Shown here piece after piece: positions 21,419-31,900 of a DNA stretch of 64,000 bases (positions are counted from its first letter, which is position 1; each line of letters opens with the position of its first letter). Under the pieces are notes generated by a model. It was not told where the DNA came from. It saw only the letters and a list, made by a program, of their open reading frames with translations, and did no database searches. The DNA is from an uncultured Conexibacter sp. (GTDB taxonomy: Bacteria; Actinomycetota; Thermoleophilia; Solirubrobacterales; Solirubrobacteraceae), in NCBI GenBank assembly GCA_964525715.1, contig CAZGJV010000010.1, positions 18,567-82,566 of the forward strand. The letters run 5' to 3'. The position numbers and the translations under genes were made by a program.

Positions 21419-24400
21419 GTGCCGGGTCCGTTCGACGCCGAGGATGCGCGCTACCGCGTCCTCGTCAACGGCGAGCAGCAGCACTCGCTGTGGCCGGACG
21501 GGGTCGACGTGCCGGCCGGATGGAGCGCCGTGTACGGCCCCGCCGGCCGTGCCGCATGCCTGCGGCACGTCGAGCGCAGCTGGAGCGACCTGCGCCCGGC
21601 GAGCCTCCGCCGCGCCACACCGGAGCCGTCCAGCGCGCGCGCCGGGTGCGTCCACGACGCCTTCGAGCGGTGCGCTGCGAGCGCGCCCGACGCGATCGCG
21701 CTCGTCGCAGCCGACGGTGCCGTGACCTACGGCGAGCTGAGCGCCGCGGCCGATCGCCTCGCCGCGGGCGTCGCGGCGGCGACGACGCGCGCGGAGGCGG
21801 TCGTCGGCATCTGCCTGGAGCGCGGCGTGGACCTCGTCGTCGCGCTGCTCGGCGTCCTGAAGGCGGGCTGCGCCTACGTCTGCCTCGACCCGACGTTCCC
21901 CGCCGCCCGGCGCGAGGAGATCCTGCTGGCCGCGCGCGCCGAGGCGCTGATCGCACGCGCCTGGCGGCCGTCCGCCGCCGCCCGGGAGCTCGCCGCGATC
22001 GACCCGCGCCCACAGGCGCACACGCCCGGCCTCGCGCCCCCCGCCGCGCGTGCGGTGCCCGACAGCCTCGCCTGCGTCCTGTTCACCTCGGGCTCGACCG
22101 GCACGCCGAAGGGCGTCGCGGTGCCCCACCGCGCCATCGTCGGCACGCTCGTGGGGCAGGACTACGCGGAGTTCGACAGCCGCTCGGTGTGGCTGCAGTC
22201 CGCGCCGATCTCGTGGGACGCCTTCCACCCCGAGCTGCTCGGTGCGCTGCTCCACGGCGGGACGTGCGTCATGCAGCCCGGCGAGGCGCCCGACCCGGCG
22301 CTGATGGCGGCGCTGGCCGCACGGCACGGGGTCACCGTCCTCAAGGCGTCGGCGAGCCTCTTCAACCACATGGTCGACGAGCATCCACAGCTGTTCCGGC
22401 AGGTCCGCCAGGCGATCACGGGCGGCGAGGCCCCCTCGATCCGGCATCTCGCCGAGCTGCGCCGGCTCGCTCCCGGCCTGCGGCTGACCAACGGCTACGG
22501 GCCGGTCGAGAGCATGGGCTTCACCACCGCCCACGACGTCACCGACGACGACCTCGCCTGCGGCGTGGTGCCGATCGGTCGTGCGGTCGCCGGCAAGCGG
22601 ATCCACGTCCTCGGCGAGGACCTGCGACCGGTGGCGCCCGGGGAGGTGGGCGAGATCCACGCGGCTGGCGTCGGCCTGGCGCGTGGCTACCTGGGGAGCC
22701 CCGCACTGACGGCCGAGCGCTTCGTCGCGAGCCCGTTCGGGCCGCCGGGCGAGCGGATGTACCGCACGGGCGACCTCGCCCGGGTGCGTCCCGACGGCGC
22801 GGTCGAGTACCTGCGCAGGAGCGACGACCAGCTGAAGATCCGCGGGTTCCGCGTCGAGCCCGCGGAGGTCGAGCGCGTGCTCGCAGGCCACGACGACGTG
22901 CGGCAGGTCGCGGTGGCGGTGCGGGACGACGGTCCCGCCGGCAGCGTCCTGGTCGCGTACGTCGTCGCGGCCGGGCGCGGCGGGCCCGACCTCGACGAGC
23001 TGCGGCGATTCGCTCGCTCGCGGCTCCCCGCGCACCTCGCGCCGGCGGTCTTCGTCGCGCTCGCGCAGCTGCCGCGGACCGCCGCCGGCAAGCTCGACCG
23101 GCGGGCGCTGCCACGGCCCGACTACGCGAGCGGCAACGGCGACGCCGCGACCCCGGACGAGGCCGTCCTCTGCGCCCTCTTCGCCGAGGTGCTCGGCGTC
23201 GCCGACGTCGGCACCGACGCGGACTTCTTCGCGCTCGGGGGCGAGTCGCTGCTCGCGCTGCGGCTGATCGGCCGGATCCGCTCGGAGCTGGACGTCGAGA
23301 TCGGCGCGCACGACCTGTTCGAGCGACCCTCCGCCGCCGGCCTGGCGCGGCGCGTCAGGAGCAGGGCGTCGGCGCGGCCGCCGCTGCACGCGCGCGAGCG
23401 GCCGCAGCGGGTCCCCCTGTCCGCGGCGCAGCTGCGGCTGTGGTTCCTCAGCCAGCTGGAGGACGGCGGCGCCAGCTACAACTGCCTGTACCTGCTGCAC
23501 CTGCGCGGGCGGCTGTCGGAGGTCGCGCTGGCCGACGCGCTCGCCGACGTGGTCGCGCGGCACGAGACGCTGCGCACGACCTTCCCGGTCGAGCGCGGCG
23601 AGCCGTGGCAGCGCGTGCTGCCGCCCGAGGCCGCCCGTCCCGCGCTCGTCCGCGTCGACTGCTCCGCGAGCGGGCTCGCGGCGGAGCTGCGCGCCGCCTC
23701 GCGCCACGCCTTCGACCTCGAGCGGGACCTCCCGATCCGCGCCCGCCTGCACCGGATCGCGCCCGACCACCACGCGCTGCTGCTCGTGCTCCACCACATC
23801 GCCACGGACGCCTGGTCGCGGCAGCCGTTGCTGCGGGACCTCGGCCGTGCCTACACGGCGCGCGCCGCGGGCCGGGCCCCCGCGTGGGAGCCGCTTCCGG
23901 TCCAGTACGCCGACTACGCCCTCTGGCACGCCGAGCTGTTGGGTGCCGACGGCGATCCGGCGAGCGTCGTGCGGGTGCAGGGCGAGCACTGGGCGCGCGC
24001 GCTCGCGGGCCTCCCGCGCGAGCTGGCGCTGCCGCGCGATCGCCCGCGCTCGAGCGCCGCGAGCCACGGCGCGGTCGGACGCGTCGAGCTCGACGTCCCC
24101 GCCGCGACGCACCTGCGCGTCGTCGAGCTCGCGCGAGCGAGCCGGGCGACGGCGTTCATGGTGCTGCAGGCAGCGGTCGCGGGCCTGCTGTCGCGCACCG
24201 GTGCCGGCGACGACATCGCGCTCGGCACGCCGATCGCCGGACGCACCGAGCCGGCGCTGGACCAGCTCGTCGGGTTCTTCGTCAACACGCTCGTGCTGCG
24301 CATGGAGGTCTCCGGCGACCCGTCGCTGCGCGAGCTCGTGCGCCGCGCACGCGAGGTCGACGTGGCCGCGTACGCGCATCAAGACGTCCCGTTCGACCGG

Positions 24401-24745
24401 CTCGTGCGCAGGCTCAACCCCGACCGGGCGCTGTCGCGGCACCCGCTGTTCCAGGTGATGCTCGTGATGGAGGACGGCGACGTCGCGGCGCCGCGGCTCG
24501 GCGACCTCGACGTGGCGCTCGAGCTCAGCCCCGCGGTCCCGGCGGGCGCGAAGTTCGACCTCGCGTTCGGCTTCCACGCGTGCTCCGGCAAGGACGGCGC
24601 GCACGGCATCCGCGCGTCGCTGGAGTACGACCGCGACGTCTTCGACGCGTCGACCGCCGAGCGACTGCTGCGCGAGCTCGAGCGGCTGCTCGCGGCCGGC
24701 GCGCGCGACCCGGACCTGCCGCTCGGCAAGCTCGGCCGCGGCTGA
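21419..24745 (+). CDS. NRPS MbtH-A-T-C, predicted to activate 3-methylaspartate or a related acidic residue
   Basis: N-terminal MbtH domain (VLVNGEQQHSLWP...PAGW...WSDLRP); A domain (FTSGSTGTPKG, SWDAF, NGYGPVESMGFTT); T domain (DFFALGGESL); C-terminal C domain (HHIATDAWS). Confidence 0.9.
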   Translation: MPGPFDAEDARYRVLVNGEQQHSLWPDGVDVPAGWSAVYGPAGRAACLRHVERSWSDLRPASLRRATPEPSSARAGCVHDAFERCAASAPDAIALVAADGAVTYGELSAAADRLAAGVAAATTRAEAVVGICLERGVDLVVALLGVLKAGCAYVCLDPTFPAARREEILLAARAEALIARAWRPSAAARELAAIDPRPQAHTPGLAPPAARAVPDSLACVLFTSGSTGTPKGVAVPHRAIVGTLVGQDYAEFDSRSVWLQSAPISWDAFHPELLGALLHGGTCVMQPGEAPDPALMAALAARHGVTVLKASASLFNHMVDEHPQLFRQVRQAITGGEAPSIRHLAELRRLAPGLRLTNGYGPVESMGFTTAHDVTDDDLACGVVPIGRAVAGKRIHVLGEDLRPVAPGEVGEIHAAGVGLARGYLGSPALTAERFVASPFGPPGERMYRTGDLARVRPDGAVEYLRRSDDQLKIRGFRVEPAEVERVLAGHDDVRQVAVAVRDDGPAGSVLVAYVVAAGRGGPDLDELRRFARSRLPAHLAPAVFVALAQLPRTAAGKLDRRALPRPDYASGNGDAATPDEAVLCALFAEVLGVADVGTDADFFALGGESLLALRLIGRIRSELDVEIGAHDLFERPSAAGLARRVRSRASARPPLHARERPQRVPLSAAQLRLWFLSQLEDGGASYNCLYLLHLRGRLSEVALADALADVVARHETLRTTFPVERGEPWQRVLPPEAARPALVRVDCSASGLAAELRAASRHAFDLERDLPIRARLHRIAPDHHALLLVLHHIATDAWSRQPLLRDLGRAYTARAAGRAPAWEPLPVQYADYALWHAELLGADGDPASVVRVQGEHWARALAGLPRELALPRDRPRSSAASHGAVGRVELDVPAATHLRVVELARASRATAFMVLQAAVAGLLSRTGAGDDIALGTPIAGRTEPALDQLVGFFVNTLVLRMEVSGDPSLRELVRRAREVDVAAYAHQDVPFDRLVRRLNPDRALSRHPLFQVMLVMEDGDVAAPRLGDLDVALELSPAVPAGAKFDLAFGFHACSGKDGAHGIRASLEYDRDVFDASTAERLLRELERLLAAGARDPDLPLGKLGRG

Positions 24746-24748
24746 CGC

Positions 24749-27598
24749 TCAGCGCGGGTCCGGCAGGGCCGACCGGTCGACCTTCCCGTTGGGCGAGCGC
24801 GGCAGCTCCCCGACGACGACCACGCGGCCGGGGGCGAGATGGACCGGCGCCCGCTCGCGCACGAACGCCCGCAGCTCGCGGGCGACGCCGCCGTCGCCTC
24901 CGGACCAGACCACGTAGGCGACCAGCTCGCGCTCGCCGCCGACCGCGCGCACGTCCACGCACACGTCCCCCACGTGCGGATGGGCGCCGACGAGCGCCTC
25001 GACCTCGCCCAGCTCGACGCGGTAGCCGCGGACCTTCACCTGGCTGTCCCGGCGTCCGAGGAACTCGAGCTGCCCCTCGGCCGTCCACCGCACCACGTCG
25101 CCGGTGCGATACGTCCGGCCGCCGTCGTCGCCGGCCTCGACGAACCGCTCCGCCGTCAGGTCCTCCCGCCGCCAGTAGCCCAGCGCGACGCCGGCCCCGC
25201 CGATCAGCAGCTCGCCGGCCACGCCGGGCGGGACTGGCTGCAGCCGCTCGTCGACGACGCGCAGTCGCGCGCCCGCGATCGGCCGCCCGATCGTGGGCAC
25301 CGCGCCCGCCCGCGTCGCGCTCAGGTCGGCGACCGCGCACCAGACCGCAGCCTCCGTCGGCCCGTATTCGTTGTACAGGCGCGTGTCCGGAGCGACCCGC
25401 AGGTGCAGGTCCACGAGCGACTGCGGGCACGCCTCGCCCGCGACGATCACGGTCCTCAGCCGGCGGACGGTCTCCGGCACGTTGCCCAGGAGCACCGCGT
25501 GCAGGCCCGGCGTGAGCAGCGTGTGCGTCACCCCGTGCCGCTCGACGAGCGCCTCGACGTCGTGCAAGTCGAGCTCGGCGCCGGCCGGGCCGAGCACGAG
25601 CGCGCCGCCCGTCGCCAGGGTCCAGAACAGTCCCGCCACGGAGCTGTCGAACGAGAAGGACGACAGCGACAGGAACGCGCGCGGCCCGCCGCCGGGGTAC
25701 TCACCCACGCGTGCGAGCGTCGAGGCGACCGCGTTGGCGTGCCCGACCACGACGCCCTTGGGCGCGCCGGTCGAGCCGGACGTGTAGATGACGTAGGCGG
25801 GATCGTCGGGACCGGGGCGTGCACGGTCGCCGGCGCCGCGCGGCGCCGCCGCGGCTTCGCCGGCGCCCACGTCCACGACGCGGACGCCCGCCGGGACCTG
25901 CGCCGCGGTGGTGGCGTCGGCGACGACCGCGACGGGCTCGCTGTCCTCGAGCATGCAGGCGATGCGATCCGGCGGATACGCGGGGTCGAGCGGGACGTAG
26001 GCCGCGCCGGCCTCGAGCACGGCGAGGATCGCGACGACGAGCTCCGCCGAGCGCGGCAGCAGGACGCCGACCCGCGCACCCGGACCTGCGGACGCGCCGA
26101 GCGCCGGCGCCAGCCCCGCCGCCCGCCGGTGGAGCTCGCCGTACGTGAGCGTGCGGTCGCCGGCGACGACCGCGGGCGCGGTCGGCGTCGCGGTCGCCTG
26201 ACGGGCGACGAGCTCGTGCAGACGCAGGGTGGTGGGCGGAGGATCGGGCCCCCGGCCCCAGCGCCGCACGCGCTCCCGCTGGCGCGGCGTGAGCGACGGC
26301 AGGCCGCCGAGCGGCGCGGACGGGTCGGCGAGGGCCGCGGCGAGCAGCGTCTCGAAGCTCGCGGCCAGGTCCTCCACCGTGTGCGGAGCGAGCAGGTCGG
26401 CGCGGTAGTCCCACGCACAGCGCAGCGGCTCGCCGGCGCGCGGCTGCGTCTCGGTCCGCAGCGCGAGGTGGTACGGCGTCGCCGGTGCCGCCGTCTCGAC
26501 CTCGACGACGTCCGCCTGCGCGAGCCGCAGCGGCGCCGCGGGCGCAGGCTGCGCGACGATCGCCTGGACGGCGCGCGCGTGCTCGGGCGGGACCGGCCGG
26601 TGCGCGAGCGCCTCGGCCATGCGATCGCCGACCGCCTCGACGAGCCGCTCGAAGGACGCCCGCGGGTCGACCTCGACGCGGATCGGCAGCACCTCGCCGA
26701 GCGGGCCGATCGTGCGCGCCAGCTCGGCTTGCGGGCGGCCCGCGACGGCGGCGCCCACGACGACGTCGGACGCTCCCGTCCAGCGGTGCAGCAGCGCGTG
26801 GAGGGAGGCGAGCAGGACCACGGCGGGCATCGTGCGCTGCCGGCGCGCGAACGCCTCCAGCCGGGCCGTCAGCGGCGCCGGCAACGCCGTCGCCGCGCGG
26901 CCCGCGCGGAGGCTCGGCGCTGCGGCGCGCGGCCGGTCGTCGGGAAGCCGGAGCGTCGGAAGCGGCTGGCGCAGACGCCCGGACCAGAAGGCGAGGTCGT
27001 CCACGAGCGCGGGCGAGCCCTGCGTGTGGCGCTCCCACTCCGCGAACGCGGCGTACTGGATCGCCGGTCGCTCGACCGCCGGGTCCGCGCCGTCGCGGAT
27101 CGCCGCGTACGCGGTCGAGAGGGCCTCCGCGAGCAGGCCGCCCGACCATTCGTCGAGCAGCGTCCGGTGAGCCACGATCGAGAGCAGGCGATCGTCGGGC
27201 GCGAGCTCCGCGACCGCGACCCGCAGCAGCGGGCCACGGCCGAGCTGGAACACGTGACCGGCCTCCTCCGCGAGGACCTGCTCGACGTGCGCCGCGACGC
27301 CGACGCTCGGCGGGCGCGGCGCCAGGCGCACCGGCCAGCGCGGCGGCGCCTCGTGCACGACCTGCAGCAGCTCGCCGCCGACGGACTCGAAGCGGCTGCA
27401 CAGGACGTCGTGCGCCGCGGCCGCCGCCGCCACCGCGCGCGCGAGCACGTCGGCGTCGAGCGGACCGGCGACGCGCCACGCCGACACGACGTTGAGCGGC
27501 GCGTCCGCGGCACGCTCGTGCGCGGCCCACATCCGTCGCTGGTCCAGCGACGCCGGGGCGCGATAGCGCTCGCTGGACTCGATCGCGCCGAACCGCAC
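24749..27598 (-). CDS. NRPS C*-A didomain (degenerate C, no T), predicted His-like substrate
   Basis: C-like domain with AHRTLLDEWS in place of HHxxxDG; A domain (YTSGSTGAPKG, FDSSVAG, NEYGPTEAAVW) ending at NGKVDRSALP. Extracted code DSALIAEVWK. Confidence 0.87.
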   Translation of the reverse strand: MRFGAIESSERYRAPASLDQRRMWAAHERAADAPLNVVSAWRVAGPLDADVLARAVAAAAAAHDVLCSRFESVGGELLQVVHEAPPRWPVRLAPRPPSVGVAAHVEQVLAEEAGHVFQLGRGPLLRVAVAELAPDDRLLSIVAHRTLLDEWSGGLLAEALSTAYAAIRDGADPAVERPAIQYAAFAEWERHTQGSPALVDDLAFWSGRLRQPLPTLRLPDDRPRAAAPSLRAGRAATALPAPLTARLEAFARRQRTMPAVVLLASLHALLHRWTGASDVVVGAAVAGRPQAELARTIGPLGEVLPIRVEVDPRASFERLVEAVGDRMAEALAHRPVPPEHARAVQAIVAQPAPAAPLRLAQADVVEVETAAPATPYHLALRTETQPRAGEPLRCAWDYRADLLAPHTVEDLAASFETLLAAALADPSAPLGGLPSLTPRQRERVRRWGRGPDPPPTTLRLHELVARQATATPTAPAVVAGDRTLTYGELHRRAAGLAPALGASAGPGARVGVLLPRSAELVVAILAVLEAGAAYVPLDPAYPPDRIACMLEDSEPVAVVADATTAAQVPAGVRVVDVGAGEAAAAPRGAGDRARPGPDDPAYVIYTSGSTGAPKGVVVGHANAVASTLARVGEYPGGGPRAFLSLSSFSFDSSVAGLFWTLATGGALVLGPAGAELDLHDVEALVERHGVTHTLLTPGLHAVLLGNVPETVRRLRTVIVAGEACPQSLVDLHLRVAPDTRLYNEYGPTEAAVWCAVADLSATRAGAVPTIGRPIAGARLRVVDERLQPVPPGVAGELLIGGAGVALGYWRREDLTAERFVEAGDDGGRTYRTGDVVRWTAEGQLEFLGRRDSQVKVRGYRVELGEVEALVGAHPHVGDVCVDVRAVGGERELVAYVVWSGGDGGVARELRAFVRERAPVHLAPGRVVVVGELPRSPNGKVDRSALPDPR

Positions 27599-27639
27599 CG
27601 CGCTTAATGTATACTACGGTATTCAGTCCTCCAAGCCGG
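27599..27639. promoter_or_regulatory. Very short divergent promoter region
   Basis: AT-rich ttaatgtatactacggtatt; minus-strand TACATT 7 nt before GTG 27598; plus-strand TATACT. Confidence 0.55.
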
Positions 27640-28947
27640 ATGCGGCCGATGCGCTTTCCGCTCTCCACCGCGCAGCGCCTGCAGTGGGATCGCTACCACG
27701 GGGGCGCGCCGCGCAACGCGTACAACCTGTCGGTGCCCTTCGAGATCGAGGGCGACGTGGAGATGGACGCGCTGGAGCGCGCCGTGCTCGGCCTGCTGCG
27801 GCGCCACGAGGTGCTGCGAGCGAGGTTCGAGGACGATCTCGGCGAGCCGACCCAGATCGTCGAGACGATGCCCGCGTCCGTCCTGCAGGTCGTCGAAGGC
27901 CCCGACGCGCCGCGGGCATTCGCGCAGGCGCGCGAGGAGCCCTTCGACCTGCGGCGCGGCGGGCTCGTGCGTGCCGTCGCGGAGCCGCTCCCGGACGGCT
28001 GCCGGCTGCTGCTCGTGCTCCACCACATCGTCGCCGACGGCCGCTCGCTGATCACCGTCGTCGAGGACGTCGTCGCGCTGTACGCGTCGGAGGCGCGCGC
28101 CGGGTCCGGCGCGCCGCGACCGCTGCGCGCGCAGTTCCTGCCGTGGGCGCGCCAGCAGCACAACTGGCTCGACTCCCCGCAGGCCGCCGCCCGCCTGGAG
28201 GGGATCGCGCGGCGGCTGCGCGGCGCTCCCGCGCTCTGCACGCTGGCGCCCGATCACCCGCGACAGGAGGTGCAGCAGTTCGTCGGTCGGGAGCTCGCGT
28301 CGGAGCTGGAGGGCACGCTGGTGGAGGACGCGGCGCGCACCGCGCGAACGTTGCGGGCGACTCCGTTCATGGTCTGGTGCGCCGCACTGATCGTGACGCT
28401 CGCGCGCTGGACCGGGCTGGAGGACGTCGTGGTGGCGACCCCCGTCGGGTCGCGCCCCGCGGCGGCGTTCGACGACGTCGTCGGATGCTTCGTGACGCGG
28501 GGGCTGGTGCGCTGTCCGGTCCCTCCGTCCACCACCTTCGCGGACGTGGTCCAGCGCGTGCGCGCGGAGGTGCTGGAGTCGATCGAGCAGCGCGACATCC
28601 CGCTGGGCCGCGTCTGCGAGCGGCTCGGCGTGCAGCCCTCGCGAGCGTGGAGCCCGCTCGCGCAGGTGCTGTTCGCGCACGAGGCGCCGCTGCATGCGCC
28701 GATCACCGCGAGCGGGCTGCGCTGGACGGTGCCGCCGCCGGAGGTCGACGAGGCGGGCGAGGGCCCAATCCGCGCGGACGTCGTCGTGACCGTCCGTCAC
28801 GCGTTCGACGGAGCCGCGCTGATCGTCTCGTGGGCGACGGACCTCTACGACCGCGACACGATGCGTCGCTTCGCGGCGAGCTACCGCGAGACGGCTCGCG
28901 CGACGATGGCGGACCCTTTCGGGCCCGTGCGGCCGGCGGCGGACTGA
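27640..28947 (+). CDS. Stand-alone NRPS condensation domain
   Basis: FPLSTAQ, AYNL, RHEVLRARF, EPFDL, intact HHIVADG, VGCFV. Start is ATG 27640 or 27649. Confidence 0.88.
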   Translation: MRPMRFPLSTAQRLQWDRYHGGAPRNAYNLSVPFEIEGDVEMDALERAVLGLLRRHEVLRARFEDDLGEPTQIVETMPASVLQVVEGPDAPRAFAQAREEPFDLRRGGLVRAVAEPLPDGCRLLLVLHHIVADGRSLITVVEDVVALYASEARAGSGAPRPLRAQFLPWARQQHNWLDSPQAAARLEGIARRLRGAPALCTLAPDHPRQEVQQFVGRELASELEGTLVEDAARTARTLRATPFMVWCAALIVTLARWTGLEDVVVATPVGSRPAAAFDDVVGCFVTRGLVRCPVPPSTTFADVVQRVRAEVLESIEQRDIPLGRVCERLGVQPSRAWSPLAQVLFAHEAPLHAPITASGLRWTVPPPEVDEAGEGPIRADVVVTVRHAFDGAALIVSWATDLYDRDTMRRFAASYRETARATMADPFGPVRPAAD

Positions 28948-28951
28948 GCGC

Positions 28952-31900
28952 TCACGCGCGCGCGGCCTCGACGGCCGCGGCCAGCGCGCCGACCGTCGCG
29001 CCCTCGAACAGCACCCGCAGCGACAGCTCGACGGCGAACGCCTCCTGCACCCGCGCCATCATCTCCGCCACGAGCAGCGAATGCCCGCCCAGCTCGAAGA
29101 AGTCGTCCTCCACCCCCACCGCATCCACGCCAAGCAGCTCCCGCCACACGCCGCACAAGCACTCCTCCACCGCCGTCCGCGGCGCGACGGACGCACCACC
29201 GCGCAACGGCCCCTCCGGCGCCGGCAGCGCACGCCGGTCGACCTTCCCGCTCGGCGTCGACGGCAGCCGCTCCAGCAGCGCCACGCGCGACGGGACCATG
29301 AACTCCGGCAGCCGCCCCCGCAGCCACGACCGCAGCGCCTCGCCGTCCACTCCGTCCTCGACGACCGCGTACGCCACCAGCCGCCGGTCTCCCGCGACGT
29401 CCTCGCGCGCGACCACGGCCGCCTCCCGCACCCCCGCGTGCGTGGCCAGCGCCGCCTCGACCTCGCCCGGCTCCACGCGGTAGCCCCGCACCTTCACCTG
29501 CTCGTCCGTCCGCCCCAGGAACTCCAGGCGACTGTCCCCGCGCCACCGCGCCACGTCGCCCGAGCGATACAGCCGCCCGCCGCCGAAGGGAGCGTCCACG
29601 AACCGCTCGGTCGTCAGCTCCGCACGGCCCAGGTACCCGCGCGCCACACCCACCCCGCCGATGCACAGCTCGCCGGCCACGCCGACCGGCAGCGGCCGCA
29701 ACCCCTCGTCCAGCACGAAGCACGTCACGTTCCCGATCGGACGACCGATCGGCGGCTCGCCCTCGACGTCCGCGTCGAGCTCGGCGATCGTCGCCACGAT
29801 GCTCGCCTCGGTCGGCCCGTAGGCGTTGAACAGGCGCCGGCCGCGCGCCCACCTCGACGCCAGCTCGCGCGGACAGCGCTCGCCGCCCACGACGATCGTC
29901 CGCAGCGACGGCACGCGCCGCGGGTCGACGGTCCTCAGCACCGATGCGGGCAGCGCCGCGATCGTGATCCCGAGCTCGCGCCACACGTGCGGGTCGTGCG
30001 GCTCGGCGTGCGGCAGGCAGAGCGTCGCGCCGTGCAGCAGCGCGATCAGGATCTCCCACAGGCACGGGTCGGTGCTGAGCGAGGCGAACTGCAGCACGCG
30101 ATCGCCGGGACCGACGTCGAACAGCGCACTCTGATGGCAGGCGAGGTTGGTGAGCCCGCGGTGCTCGACCATCACGCCCTTGGGGGTGCCGGTCGAGCCG
30201 GAGGTGTAGATCACGTAGGCGAGGCTGTCCGCCGTCGCCAGCGGCGGCGGCGTCGTCACGGGCTGCTCGGCGATCAGCGGCCGGTCGCGATCGAGCGAGA
30301 CGACGGGCGCGTCGCTCGCGGGCAGCACGCGCGCCGACGCGCTGTCGCTCACCACCACCCGCGCCCCGGCGTCCGCGAGCATGAACGCGACGCGCTCGGC
30401 CGGATACGAGGGATCGACCGGCACGTACGCACCACCGGCCTTCAAGATCCCCAGCACGCCGACGACCAGCTCGACCGAGCGCGACACGCAGATCCCGACG
30501 AGCGTCTCGCGCCCGACCCCCAGCGAGCGCAGGTGCCACGCCAGCTGGTTGGCGCGGCGATCGAGCTCGCCGTAGCCGATCTCGCGATCCCCGTGACGCA
30601 CGGCGATCGCCTCCGGCGAGCGCGCCGCCTGCTCCGCCACCAGCTCGTGCACGCGGCGATCCGGAACCTCGCCCACCGACCCGCTCCACTCCACCAGCAC
30701 CCGCTCGCGCTCCGCCTCCCGCAGCAGCGACAGCTCGCCGACCGCCCGTCCCGGCTCCGCCACGGCGGCGTCGACCAGCCGCGCGAAGTGCTCGCCCATG
30801 CGCGCGACGGTCGCCTCGTCGAACAGGTCGGTCGCGTAGGTGACGTTGATCGTCAGCTCCCCGTCCAGCTCTCGCGCCGACCACTCCATGTCGAAGCGCG
30901 CGCGACCGGTCGAGCAGCCGGTGAACGCCTCGACCCCCATGCCCGCCGCCCCGAGCTCCGCCGCCGGGCCGGCCTGACGATCGAGCCGGCCGGACTCGAC
31001 CAGCTGGAGCATCACCTGCACGAGCGGATGCCGGCTCACGTCGCGGACGGGCTGCAGCTCGTCGACGAGCCTGTCGAACGGCAGGTCCTGATGCGCATAG
31101 GCGTCGAGCGACGCTGCTCGCACGCGCGCGAGCAGCTCGCGGAAGCTGGGGTCGCCGGACAGGTCGCCGCGCAGCACGAGCGTGTTGACGAAGAACCCGA
31201 TCGTCCGCTCGACCTCGGCCCACGAGCGCCCCGCCGCCGGCACGCCGACGACCACGTCGTCACCGGCCCCGTAGCGCGACAGCAGCAGCTCGAAGACCGC
31301 CGTCAGCACCATGAACAGCGTCACCCCCTCACTGCGCGCAAGCTCCCTGAGGGCGTCGGTCGCCTCCTTGCCGATCCGGAAGGTCACCGTCGCGCCGCGG
31401 TACGTGGGCATCGCGGGCCGCGGGCGATCGGTCGGCAGCTCCAGCGCCAGCGGGGCTCCCCGCAGCTGCTCGCGCCAGTACGCGAGCTGCCCGTCGAGCA
31501 GCTCGCGATCGAGCGATCCGCGCTGCCACACGGCGAAGTCGGCGTACTGGAGCGGCGGTGCGCCGAGCGGCGACGAGCGCCCCTCCACACCCGCGCGGTA
31601 GAGCGCGGCGACCTCGTCGAGCCAGACGTCCCACGACCAGCCGTCGAAGACGATGTGATGCGTCACGAACCACAGCACATGCTCCCGCTCACCCAACCGC
31701 ACGAGCCCCGCACGCACCAGCCGGTCCCGCTCCAGGTCGAACGGCCGCGCACCCTCCCCGCCGACGATCTCACGCACCCGCGACGCGAGGTCCCCATCCT
31801 CGCCGGAGACGTCCACGAGCGGCAACGACGACGTCCACGGCTCGTGCACGATCTGCCGCGGGCGCCCGCCGACGCTCGCGAAGCGCGTCCGCAGCACCTC

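Noticed and set aside
21242..25515. Very long ORFs 21242-24604 (-) and 21490-25515 (+), and the many similar Arg/Ala/Pro-rich ORFs across the window
   Set aside because: Shadow frames of real genes, expected in high-GC DNA with few stop codons; they carry no domain motifs.
28945..28954. Palindrome TGAGCGCTCA at convergent gene ends (also 46621-46630; similar at 24743)
   Set aside because: Explained by two TGA stops facing each other across a few GC bases; too short to call an element.
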